Assembly: GCA_047150005.1 (NCBI GenBank)
Contig: AP038806.1
Coordinates: 3,168,001 to 3,232,000, forward strand
DNA: 64,000 nt
Direction: 5' to 3'
From: Nitrospira sp.
GTDB taxonomy: Bacteria; Nitrospirota; Nitrospiria; Nitrospirales; Nitrospiraceae
Part shown: positions 55,859 through 64,000 of the stretch, piece by piece
How positions within the stretch are numbered: the first letter of the stretch is position 1
How the letters are laid out: every line of letters begins with the position of its first letter
Notes under the pieces: generated by a model
Database searches by the model: none
What the model saw: only the letters and a program-made list of their open reading frames with translations
Told to the model about the DNA's origin: nothing
Position numbers and translations under genes: made by a program

Positions 55859-56326
55859 ATGGGGAGCACATTGGAAGTCGGGGACAAGGCGCCGGAGTTT
55901 TCTCTGCCGGACCAGCACGGCAAGACGGTTGCGCTGAAGAGTTTTAAGGGGAAGCAAGTCGTGCTGTACTTCTACCCGAAGGACGATACGCCCGGTTGCA
56001 CCAAGGAATCGTGCGATTTTCGCGATATCGAATCGCAGATCGTCCGGGCCGGGGCAGCGATCGTCGGTGTGAGTATGGACGGACAGGATTCTCACCAGAA
56101 ATTCATCAAGAAGTACGGTCTGCCGTTTCCGTTGTTGAGCGACGAAGACGCGGCGATTTCGAAGAGTTACGGCGTGTACAAGGAAAAGAACATGTACGGC
56201 AGGAAGTATTGGGGGATCGAGCGGAGCACGTTCGTGATCGATCCCGCCGGCAAGCTCAAAGCCGTCTTCCGGAAAGTCAAGGTGGACGGACACGCGGACG
56301 AAGTCCTCACGGCACTCAAGTCCTGA
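55859..56326 (+). CDS. bcp: Thioredoxin-dependent thiol peroxidase (BCP/PrxQ)
   Basis: YFYPKDDTPGCTKESC, ERSTFVID. Confidence 0.95.
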   Translation: MGSTLEVGDKAPEFSLPDQHGKTVALKSFKGKQVVLYFYPKDDTPGCTKESCDFRDIESQIVRAGAAIVGVSMDGQDSHQKFIKKYGLPFPLLSDEDAAISKSYGVYKEKNMYGRKYWGIERSTFVIDPAGKLKAVFRKVKVDGHADEVLTALKS

Positions 56327-56339
56327 CCTTTTCCTGAAC

Positions 56340-57170
56340 ATGGTCGCGCGTCGCGTATGGCCTTCGGCGGTTCTTCCAAGGGTCGTGATGCTGTTGTGTC
56401 TCGCGATCCTTCCATCGGATTTCAGTCTGGCCGGGGCTGTCCCGAGCACGAGCCTGTTCGCGCACGACGTGCTGGTCTCTCCAAGGCAACCTGCCGTGAT
56501 CGACGCCGGGCTGACGGTGGAGCGGCGAGGAAAGCGGCTGCCGGCCGCTGGCGCTTCTCTTGAGCTCGTGCAGGACACGCAGGTTCTGGCGACGGCCGTC
56601 ACGGACGAGCGCGGGATGGCCGCGTTGCGGTTTGTTCCGACCCGGAGAGGAATCCAGCAACTGGTCGTTCGCACAGTCTCAGGATCGGGAGTGACGGCCA
56701 CAGCCGCCGCGACCGCCGCGGTCTGGGAGCGGCGGATGCCGATCTTGACGGTCGAAGTCGCCGCCTTGCATGATCCCGCTTCTGGCGAGCCGCTCCCCGA
56801 CGCCGCGGACGAACTCCGAAAGGTGACCCAATTCTATTACAACGTCGTGTATGTCACGGCCGAACCGGGCGATGCCGGACGGAAGCTCGCCGCCAGCGAT
56901 CGCACGCGACAGTGGCTGGCCGAGCACGGGTTTCCCGTCGGCTATGTGCTCGTGTCGGCGTCCTCCGAGGCGTTTGGATCGAAATTGGACGAGTTGCGCT
57001 CGGCCGGATGGACGACCATCAAGATCGGCATCGGGCGCACCAAGGAGTTTGCCGACGTGTTCGTGCAGCGGCGTTTGGATGCGGTGCTGGTTCCGGAGCC
57101 GGCGAAGGGAGAGGCGCCGCGTAAGGCCAAAGTGGCCAAGACTTGGAAGGACGTGCGAAAAAAATTGTAA
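56340..57170 (+). CDS. Exported hypothetical protein (Ig-like + degenerate HAD-like domain)
   Basis: Signal peptide; TDERG.A Ig-like motif; VVYVTA...WL..HGFP resembles LNS2/App1-type HAD. Confidence 0.6.
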   Translation: MVARRVWPSAVLPRVVMLLCLAILPSDFSLAGAVPSTSLFAHDVLVSPRQPAVIDAGLTVERRGKRLPAAGASLELVQDTQVLATAVTDERGMAALRFVPTRRGIQQLVVRTVSGSGVTATAAATAAVWERRMPILTVEVAALHDPASGEPLPDAADELRKVTQFYYNVVYVTAEPGDAGRKLAASDRTRQWLAEHGFPVGYVLVSASSEAFGSKLDELRSAGWTTIKIGIGRTKEFADVFVQRRLDAVLVPEPAKGEAPRKAKVAKTWKDVRKKL

Positions 57171-57197
57171 GGGAGCCGGACCCGAGCGCCGGCGTGC

Positions 57198-57740
57198 TCA
57201 CCATTTGCCGAGCCACTGGCGGGTTCCGGCGTAGTACGCGAAGACCGCCACGCCAAGGACCACCACGGCCTGAACGAGATGCTGCACGTGGATGTCCGGT
57301 GCGATCCAGCGGGTGAGGTAGAGCAAACCCGCAGCCACCACGGTGACGCCCAACGTCGTGCGTCTGGGACAAGGACGAAGGCGACGTCCTTCGTAGGCCA
57401 GGATCACCCAGACCACCATCCACCCGAGCGCGCCGATGATCAGGGCTCCGGCCATGTCGGTCAGACTGAGCAACATGCTGTCGGTCAGCAGATTGAAGGT
57501 CTTCCGCGTCTTGAGTTCGGGACGGATCCTGCTCCACTCGCCGAAGATGAGCAGGAACCACACGACGAAGACGCCGAGTAAAAACCCCTCTTTGGACATG
57601 CCGTAGTCCGAGCCGCCGCGGCCGCCTCCGCCTGGGGAGCGTGTCCGTCTCTGCATCTGCGGCACGAGGTCATACCCACACTCGCAGGTATAGTTCGTGT
57701 CGGGATTGGTCAGCAGGCAGCGTGGGCATTCGATCGGCAT
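57198..57740 (-). CDS. Membrane protein with N-terminal Zn-ribbon
   Basis: CPRC..N.....CECG followed by 4 hydrophobic segments. Confidence 0.65.
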   Translation of the reverse strand: MPIECPRCLLTNPDTNYTCECGYDLVPQMQRRTRSPGGGGRGGSDYGMSKEGFLLGVFVVWFLLIFGEWSRIRPELKTRKTFNLLTDSMLLSLTDMAGALIIGALGWMVVWVILAYEGRRLRPCPRRTTLGVTVVAAGLLYLTRWIAPDIHVQHLVQAVVVLGVAVFAYYAGTRQWLGKW

Positions 57741-57794
57741 GTTGGGACGTACCGTCCTGTGATGGTATCCTGTGTTTTGTAGCTGAAGAAAGGG

Positions 57795-58211
57795 ATGATG
57801 TCCATGATTTCAGGGTCTCGGCCGGCGCCGTTCTTGTTTCTCGGAAGTCTTGCCGCCGGACTCGCGGTCGCAGCCGGCGCATTCGGGTCCCATTTGCTGA
57901 AAGGCATGTTGGACGCTTCCATGTTGGCCGTCTTCGAAACGGCCGTTCGCTATCACATGTATCATGCGCTGGGACTCTGTGTGGTGGCATGGGCCGGCCG
58001 GCAAGAGCACGCGAAGTATTGTTCCGCCGCCGGCTGGTGCTTTGTCTCGGGGATCGTCTTGTTCTCAGGAAGCTTGTACGGCATCGCGCTGACCGGCACC
58101 CGCTGGCTGGGAGCGCTGACTCCCGTGGGAGGGACGGCTTTTCTCGTCGGCTGGACCTTGCTGGTCCGGCATGCCTGGCAAGAGATCATGCGGCCTCCCG
58201 GAAGAGACTAG
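57795..58211 (+). CDS. DUF423 (YgdD/TMEM256) membrane protein
   Basis: AGAFGSH, TAVRYHMYHAL, LFSGSLY, TPVGG. Confidence 0.9.
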   Translation: MMSMISGSRPAPFLFLGSLAAGLAVAAGAFGSHLLKGMLDASMLAVFETAVRYHMYHALGLCVVAWAGRQEHAKYCSAAGWCFVSGIVLFSGSLYGIALTGTRWLGALTPVGGTAFLVGWTLLVRHAWQEIMRPPGRD

Positions 58212-58222
58212 GCCGGCGAGGT

Positions 58223-59224
58223 TCAGGGTGAGCAGCCGGAGGTCCGCTTCCCGCTGATCGAGCCCCATCCCCCTTGAGAATTCACGAAGGTACCCTCCAG
58301 ACGCTGGGCTTCCTTGGTAAACAGGAGGCTGTCTTCTTGAACCCTTCCATCGATTTCCCACCGAAGATAGACGGCATCCCCGAGGACGATCGTTTCCGCG
58401 AGACCGACGATGCCTGTTCCGTCTTTTCCCGGGGGAGGAAACAAGAGCGAGTGTTTCTGCTCCTGGTGATGTTGTTGGTGATTGTGAATCACCCACTGCC
58501 ATGTCCCGCAGAGGCGAGTCTGGCCGCGTAGCGTGCGGACCCGTTCCTTCCAGGATTTCAACCGCCACCATTCGGACAGGGCCTGCTGACTGGCCTCCAA
58601 GGCGGTCTGGCCTGCGGCCAATGCCAACTCCGTCCGATCAGGGAGCGGGGCGGCAGCCGGTGATAGGTCCTGGCCGGGGCTCGGGACGGCCGACCACATC
58701 CGCGCCAAGGACGGGAACGAGCCGTTGGCCTTCAACCATTCGATCCGCTGGGCCGACGGATCCGGTAGAGCGGGAATCGAATCGCCGGCTTGCTGCATGG
58801 ACTTGGTGACGTGCTCGGCCAGGTGCCAGACTGCCAGTGCAGCCACGAGCCGCTGCGCAGATTGAGTGATCTCTCCGACCAGCAGTTCTTTGGACATCTT
58901 GGCCGGGAGGGCTTTGGCGCCGATGGTGGCGGCGGTCTCTGACAGACTAACGGCGGCGCCGACGGTCGTGACGAAGGTCTCCTTCGCCGACTGGTCCGAA
59001 TCCACCGCCGCCAGCTTGTCGCCATGCGTCTCGAGGATTCGTGACCAGTCCGGAAAACCGGACGGCCGAGAGTCGGTCGCTCCCGCGCCGGCGTTCCCGA
59101 TCGGGCCGAGCAGACTCAGGGCCGAGCACATGAAGATAATCAGCGCACGGACGACCACTCGTCCGGTGCAATAGGACTGGTTCAATGTGTCACACGACAG
59201 ATCCAAGAGAAATCCGGCTGTCAC
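58223..59224 (-). CDS. Exported hypothetical protein
   Basis: Long ORF with a signal-like segment; true start probably ~20 codons downstream. Confidence 0.65.
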   Translation of the reverse strand: MTAGFLLDLSCDTLNQSYCTGRVVVRALIIFMCSALSLLGPIGNAGAGATDSRPSGFPDWSRILETHGDKLAAVDSDQSAKETFVTTVGAAVSLSETAATIGAKALPAKMSKELLVGEITQSAQRLVAALAVWHLAEHVTKSMQQAGDSIPALPDPSAQRIEWLKANGSFPSLARMWSAVPSPGQDLSPAAAPLPDRTELALAAGQTALEASQQALSEWWRLKSWKERVRTLRGQTRLCGTWQWVIHNHQQHHQEQKHSLLFPPPGKDGTGIVGLAETIVLGDAVYLRWEIDGRVQEDSLLFTKEAQRLEGTFVNSQGGWGSISGKRTSGCSP

Positions 59225-59244
59225 CGAGCGGATCGGAACCGGTC

Positions 59245-60045
59245 CTATGTTCCTTGAAAACAGGTCTTCAGAAACGAGGCGGTGGCGTCCCAGGCTTCAG
59301 CGGTTGCTTCGGCGTGATACGTTTCGGGACGCGTCTCGTTACTGAAGGCATGAGCGGTACCGGGATAGGTGCGGATCTCCACGCGTTTTCGATGCTCTTG
59401 CGCGGAGGCGTTGAGCCGTTCGATGTCCTGCTGTGACACCCACGCATCCTTCTCGCCCCGATGATACAGGAGCGGACAATACAGGTCCTTCAGCACCGAA
59501 TCGGACTGCGGGATCCGCCCGTAATAAGACACGGCGGCTCTGAGTCGCTTCCTCTGGCACGCGAACCGCAGCGCGAAGGTTCCCCCCATGCCGAATCCCA
59601 CAACGCCGTGGATGTTCCGCTTGATATAGTCCCGCGTGTTCAAGTATTCGCAGCAGGAGTTGATGTCCTGCAGGATCAACGAATCATTCAATTTGCCCAT
59701 GAGGGCATCGGCGACGTCTGCATTGGCGGTGACTGTCCCTCCCAGGCGGCCGTACAGGTTCGGAATGATGACGCCGTATCCCTCGCAGGCTAACCTGGCA
59801 CCCAGGTCCTTGATTTGAGAGTTCAAACCCCACCATTCGTGGAGCAAGACAATTCCAGGGTAGGCCCCCTTCTCCTGAGGCCAAAACTGGATGCATTCGA
59901 CATGAACATCCTTGGTCGTCCTGGTGCGGATGTATGGGTCGACCGATGCATCAGTGCTGGTGGGAATGGCCACTCCGCTGGGAAACCGGGAGGTACCGGT
60001 TCCGATCTGTTGCAAGGTGAACGGGGCTGAAGCTGATGTCATCAC
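59245..60045 (-). CDS. Dienelactone hydrolase family protein (nucleophile Cys replaced by Gly)
   Basis: HEWWGLN, GVVGFGMGG, YYG, HAF. Confidence 0.85.
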   Translation of the reverse strand: MMTSASAPFTLQQIGTGTSRFPSGVAIPTSTDASVDPYIRTRTTKDVHVECIQFWPQEKGAYPGIVLLHEWWGLNSQIKDLGARLACEGYGVIIPNLYGRLGGTVTANADVADALMGKLNDSLILQDINSCCEYLNTRDYIKRNIHGVVGFGMGGTFALRFACQRKRLRAAVSYYGRIPQSDSVLKDLYCPLLYHRGEKDAWVSQQDIERLNASAQEHRKRVEIRTYPGTAHAFSNETRPETYHAEATAEAWDATASFLKTCFQGT

Positions 60046-60103
60046 GGCGCGCCCTTCTTGTTCAAACTGGTGGTCCCAGAGGCCGTCATGCGGCCGAAAA
60101 CGT

Positions 60104-60133
60104 ACTATAGGGACCGGTCTGCCGGCTTGTCAA
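60104..60133 (-). promoter_or_regulatory. Sigma70-type promoter for the DLH-family gene
   Basis: TTGACA, 18 nt, TATAGT on the minus strand. Confidence 0.5.
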
Positions 60134-60266
60134 TCGACCTTGCCGGAGCGCGGCGGCGTGCATCGGCCTGATGCATCCGGCCCGGTCCGAGCGTGCATGG
60201 GTTCAACTGGTAGCTTTGGAATTCGTGCAATTGATCTTGCCCCGCGGCGCGCGTAGAGTCTGATCC

Positions 60267-61256
60267 ATGAGTGCGACGGCGAGTCGACAGATCGGAATCG
60301 GCTTGATCGGCGTGGGACGGCACGGGCGCCGGTACTTGGATCATCTGCGGACCGATGTGCCGGAGGCCTGCGTCGTGGCGGTCTGTCGAAAGAGGACGGA
60401 TATGCCGGCGACCGGCGCATTGGCCGGCCTTTCCGTCTATGCCGATTATCACGAATTGATCGCCGACCCGCTGGTGCAGGCGCTGGTGGTCGTCACGCTG
60501 CCTTCGTTATGTCCGGAGATTTGCCTGGCGGCGGCGGCGGCCGGCAAACCATTGCTCATTGAGAAGCCGCTGGCGAACTCCGGTGCGGAAGCCCGGGCGA
60601 TGGTGCGAGCGGTGGAGCGGGCCGGCGTCCTGTTGATGACCGCCCACACCATGCGGTTCGATCCCACGGTGCTTTCGGCGAAGGCGCAGTTGCGGGCAAT
60701 CGGCCCGCTTCGACTGGTCGATCTGGTCAATCATGTGGATTCGGCGGGGAGCCTTGCGTCCCGTTCCTCCGGCGCTGCTGCTCCCGGAGCGCTGCTCGAA
60801 ATCGGCGTGCATTTGCTGGACCTCGTTCGGTTTTTTACCGGGGAGGAAGTGGCTGAAGTACGGTGTCGGCTGGATCGGCCGGTCGGTGCGGCGGAAGCGG
60901 CCGCGCAGGCGGTGCTGCGAACCTCCGCTGGCGCGGTCTGTTCCATCGATGCCGCCCGCGTCGATGCAAAGCGGGTCGGGACCATGCGCTGGGAGGGAAC
61001 AGAGGGAACGGTGACCGCGGATTGGGTTCAACGGACTGTGACCTGCCGGATCGGACGGGAGCCCCAGCGCCAGTGGACGGTCGCGGCGTCGCCGACCATC
61101 GTCGCCGTCCTGCGCGCCTTCATTCACGCAATCAAGACGAAGACGATACCGCCCGTGACGGGACTGGACGGCTGTCGAGCCGTCGAATTGGCGGACGCCT
61201 GCTATCGATCAGCCGCGCTGGGTGGAGCTGCTGTTTCGTTGGAGGAGTCGCCCTGA
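60267..61256 (+). CDS. Gfo/Idh/MocA family oxidoreductase
   Basis: IGLIGVGRHG, IEKPLA, IGVHLLDL. Confidence 0.9.
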   Translation: MSATASRQIGIGLIGVGRHGRRYLDHLRTDVPEACVVAVCRKRTDMPATGALAGLSVYADYHELIADPLVQALVVVTLPSLCPEICLAAAAAGKPLLIEKPLANSGAEARAMVRAVERAGVLLMTAHTMRFDPTVLSAKAQLRAIGPLRLVDLVNHVDSAGSLASRSSGAAAPGALLEIGVHLLDLVRFFTGEEVAEVRCRLDRPVGAAEAAAQAVLRTSAGAVCSIDAARVDAKRVGTMRWEGTEGTVTADWVQRTVTCRIGREPQRQWTVAASPTIVAVLRAFIHAIKTKTIPPVTGLDGCRAVELADACYRSAALGGAAVSLEESP

Positions 61257-61285
61257 CGCCGTCGCGCCGTCGGCGTGGGACGCGT

Positions 61286-61522
61286 TTACGTATCGGCCAC
61301 GATGTGGGTGTCCGTTTCCTCGACGCCCTCGATCTGGTGAATTTTCGTGATGACGACATCGGACAAGGCGCGTTCGTCGTTGACGCTGATAAACACGAAG
61401 ATATCCGGTTGTCCGAAACAGGAATGCGCCTGTTCCACGCCGGTCAACCGTTTGAGAGATTGGAGCACGTCCTTGGTTTTGCCGGCTTTCACTTTGATCA
61501 AGATATAGGCCTTGGTTGCCAT
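61286..61522 (-). CDS. Stand-alone Lrp/AsnC ligand-binding domain protein
   Basis: KAYILI, FGQPDI, IHQIEGVEETDT; strong RBS. Confidence 0.85.
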   Translation of the reverse strand: MATKAYILIKVKAGKTKDVLQSLKRLTGVEQAHSCFGQPDIFVFISVNDERALSDVVITKIHQIEGVEETDTHIVADT

Positions 61523-61544
61523 GGTCCCCCTCCTTGTGTCGTCG

Positions 61545-62099
61545 TCATGATCTCCCTCCCGGCATGTCCCGCCGGCGTTCGGCGAACACTTCCTCGATAT
61601 CCCGTCCTCTATTCTGATATTCGCGACGAGCCTGATCGAACAGTCCGGTCAAAAAGTCAAAATCCTGCAGTGTGAGGTTGAAGCGGGCGAAGCCGGCGGT
61701 CAACCTCTCCAGATCGACCGGATCGGCTGAGTGCCGGCGTGCCGCGAGCGCCGCAAGCACCGCCGCCGTCCAACCGGTTTTGACAAAGGCAGCGTCCGCC
61801 TGTGCCGCTTGCACCTCTCCGAAGTGCATGACCAACGCCTGATGAAAGAATTCGCGAACGGCCGGGTCGGTGCTTTTCATGAAGACCGATTGAAATTGAA
61901 TGACGACCCTGATGACATGGTTAGCTTCCGGCGTCCCCTCGGGGGGCAGGACTCGGGCGTCTTCCAGCGTGGCGAGCAGAGCCATGGCGGCTCCCACATG
62001 TTGCGAAGGGGTCGGATGTTGCGCTGAGGCGGACGCAGCGGAGAGGACCATCGTGGTGCCGGCGATTTCTGAAAGCAGGAGTCCGGTTCGGATCAGCAT
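61545..62099 (-). CDS. Hypothetical protein
   Basis: 184-aa ORF with signal-like N-terminus. Confidence 0.6.
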   Translation of the reverse strand: MLIRTGLLLSEIAGTTMVLSAASASAQHPTPSQHVGAAMALLATLEDARVLPPEGTPEANHVIRVVIQFQSVFMKSTDPAVREFFHQALVMHFGEVQAAQADAAFVKTGWTAAVLAALAARRHSADPVDLERLTAGFARFNLTLQDFDFLTGLFDQARREYQNRGRDIEEVFAERRRDMPGGRS

Positions 62100-62262
62100 G
62101 GGCGGATTATACAGAAGTCGATGAGTTCTGGAATCACTGGTTCGGCGGCGGGCTACCCGGTCTCCTCCTCGCCTGCGTGAGAAACTTCAAAGAGGTTCAT
62201 GAATCCATTTATTATTGTGTCGATAAATGGAATCATTTCACTGTATTTACAAGATGTTATGG

Positions 62263-62291
62263 TTGCACAGCGTGAGCATGATTTCTATAAT
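62263..62291 (+). promoter_or_regulatory. Sigma70-type promoter for comM/yifB
   Basis: TTGCAC, 17 nt, TATAAT, within an AT-rich spacer. Confidence 0.6.
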
Positions 62292-62335
62292 CCTCTCAGC
62301 ATCGCGCACGGTCCAAGGAGAGGACAAACCTGGTC

Positions 62336-63865
62336 ATGTTGGCGAAAGTGCTGAGCGTGGCGCTTGTCGGACTCGACGCGCATCTCATCGAAGTGGAGGT
62401 GGATATTGCGGGCGGGCTCCCGCAATTTTCAGTCGTCGGTCTTCCTGATGCGACGGTTCGCGAGAGCCGGGACCGGGTACGATCCGCGCTCAAAAACACC
62501 GGCTTTCACTTTCCGGCCAAGAAGATCACCGTCAATCTGGCGCCGGCAGACGTGAAGAAGGAGGGAGCCGGTCTGGATCTGGCCATCGCCATCGGGATCC
62601 TGGTGGCCGAGGAACTCGTACCCGCCGACCGTGTCCTCCGCCGTGTGCTGGTCGGAGAGCTGTCGCTGGATGGGCACATCAAGCCGGTTCCCGGCGCGCT
62701 CTCCATCGGGATCGCCTGCGGCCGTGAGTATAGTCTGCTTCTGCCGGCGCGCAACGGCAATGAAGCTGCCATGGTGGCCGGCGTCGTCGTCTACCCGGTT
62801 CATACGCTTCCTGAAGCGGTCGGATTTCTGCGCGGGACTCAGTCGATTGAGCCGGTAGTGGCGGATCGGGTCAGGTGTGATGCCGCTCGACCGACGGACG
62901 ACGAGGATTACGGTGATGTCAAAGGGCAGGCCCATGCGAAACGGGCTTTGGAAATTGCGGCAGCCGGAGAACATAATGTGTTGATGGTCGGGCCGCCCGG
63001 CTCGGGGAAGACGATGTTGGCGAAGCGGCTGCCGACGATCCTGCCTCTGATGGAGCCGGATGAGGCGATCGAAACCACCCGCATTCACAGCGTCGCTGCG
63101 CAATTGCCCGTCGGAAGCCCATTGTTGAGCGTTCGACCGTTCAGAGCGCCCCATCACAGTATTTCGGACGCAGGGTTGATCGGCGGAGGAACGGTTCCCC
63201 GTCCGGGTGAAGTATCGCTGGCTCACAACGGCATCCTGTTCCTGGACGAGTCGCCGGAATTCCGCCGGCCCGTGCTGGACGCTTTGCGTCAGCCGCTGGA
63301 GGACGGGCACGTGACCCTGACAAGGGTCAGCGGGTCGTTGCGGTATCCCGCCCGGTTCATGTTGGTCGCAGCCATGAATCCCTGTCCTTGCGGCTACTAT
63401 GGTGACCGATCGAAAGATTGCCTGTGTACTCCCCAGCAGATCCGACGATATCGAGCCAAGCTCTCCGGGCCGTTACAGGATCGGATCGACATTCACATCG
63501 AAGTTCCCGCGGTTCCGGTTCATGAATTTCACGACCGCGGGGCCGAACCCGAATCCTCCTCCGCCATCCGCACCAGGGTGCTCGAGGCGAGGACCCGACA
63601 ATCCGCGCGATATCGCGACGACGGCATCCACAGCAATGCCCAGTTGAAGCCGAGGCTGGTGAAGCGGTATTGTGGCTTGGATCATTCGGGACGGGAGCTG
63701 CTGGAGCGGGCCATGGTCAGGCTCGGCTTGTCGGCGAGGGCGCATGGTCGGATTCTTCGTGTTGCCCGGACCATTGCGGATCTGGCCGGCTGTGAGCGGA
63801 TCGACTCCGTGCACGTGGCGGAAGCGATTCAGTATCGAAGCCTGGATCGTCGCGTGGAGCTTTGA
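62336..63865 (+). CDS. comM: YifB/ComM Mg-chelatase-like AAA+ ATPase
   Basis: VGLPD..VRESRDRV, GPPGSGKT, PFRAPHHS, GEVSLAH, AMNPCPCG, ARTIADL. Confidence 0.93.
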   Translation: MLAKVLSVALVGLDAHLIEVEVDIAGGLPQFSVVGLPDATVRESRDRVRSALKNTGFHFPAKKITVNLAPADVKKEGAGLDLAIAIGILVAEELVPADRVLRRVLVGELSLDGHIKPVPGALSIGIACGREYSLLLPARNGNEAAMVAGVVVYPVHTLPEAVGFLRGTQSIEPVVADRVRCDAARPTDDEDYGDVKGQAHAKRALEIAAAGEHNVLMVGPPGSGKTMLAKRLPTILPLMEPDEAIETTRIHSVAAQLPVGSPLLSVRPFRAPHHSISDAGLIGGGTVPRPGEVSLAHNGILFLDESPEFRRPVLDALRQPLEDGHVTLTRVSGSLRYPARFMLVAAMNPCPCGYYGDRSKDCLCTPQQIRRYRAKLSGPLQDRIDIHIEVPAVPVHEFHDRGAEPESSSAIRTRVLEARTRQSARYRDDGIHSNAQLKPRLVKRYCGLDHSGRELLERAMVRLGLSARAHGRILRVARTIADLAGCERIDSVHVAEAIQYRSLDRRVEL

Positions 63866-63874
63866 TCGACAGTC

Positions 63875-64000
63875 ATGGTATCGGCGCTCAAAGTCTTTCT
63901 GTGGTGGTTCGTGATCGGCGCGACGATGGCCTTGGCGGTCATCATGCTGCAAGGGGGCATTCGCGAGGTCATGCAAGCCCAGGGGTCCGTGTGGGAACTG
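63875..64000 (+). CDS. Partial membrane protein, truncated by the window end
   Basis: ATG 63875, open to the end: MVSALKVFLWWFVIGATMALAVIML. Confidence 0.55.
   Translation, partial: MVSALKVFLWWFVIGATMALAVIMLQGGIREVMQAQGSVWEL

Overview
A GC-rich bacterial chromosomal window, mostly housekeeping. Gene content and the style of an intergenic palindromic repeat suggest Nitrospira/Nitrospirota; this is inference from recall, not a search. Recognisable genes include proS-rseP-dxr-cdsA-uppS, tldD/pmbA, family-4 UDG, hpnD/hpnE, class II RNR (nrdJ), a Ser/Thr kinase-PP2C-FHA module, moaC/moaD-moaE/moaA, accD-folC-lptD, trxA, recN, bcp and comM/yifB. One complete 1,406-bp IS1202-family (ISNCY) element with a 16-bp target duplication is present. 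I saw no rRNA, tRNA or CRISPR. The most notable unexplained signals are: (1) an ORF-free, densely base-paired ~480-nt region at ~14.2-14.7 kb (candidate large ncRNA or decayed palindromic repeat cluster) that shares motifs with a second structured spacer at 38.6-38.8 kb; (2) a 1,386-aa REC-PAS-pseudo-kinase-PilZ-PilZ-LuxD-like-methyltransferase protein heading a kinase/sigma54-activator/HD-GYP cluster; (3) an exported protein with a full PHM/DBH-type dicopper monooxygenase ligand set; (4) FolB-methyltransferase and MoaD-MoaE fusions. All domain calls come from reading motifs by eye and need HMM or structure confirmation.
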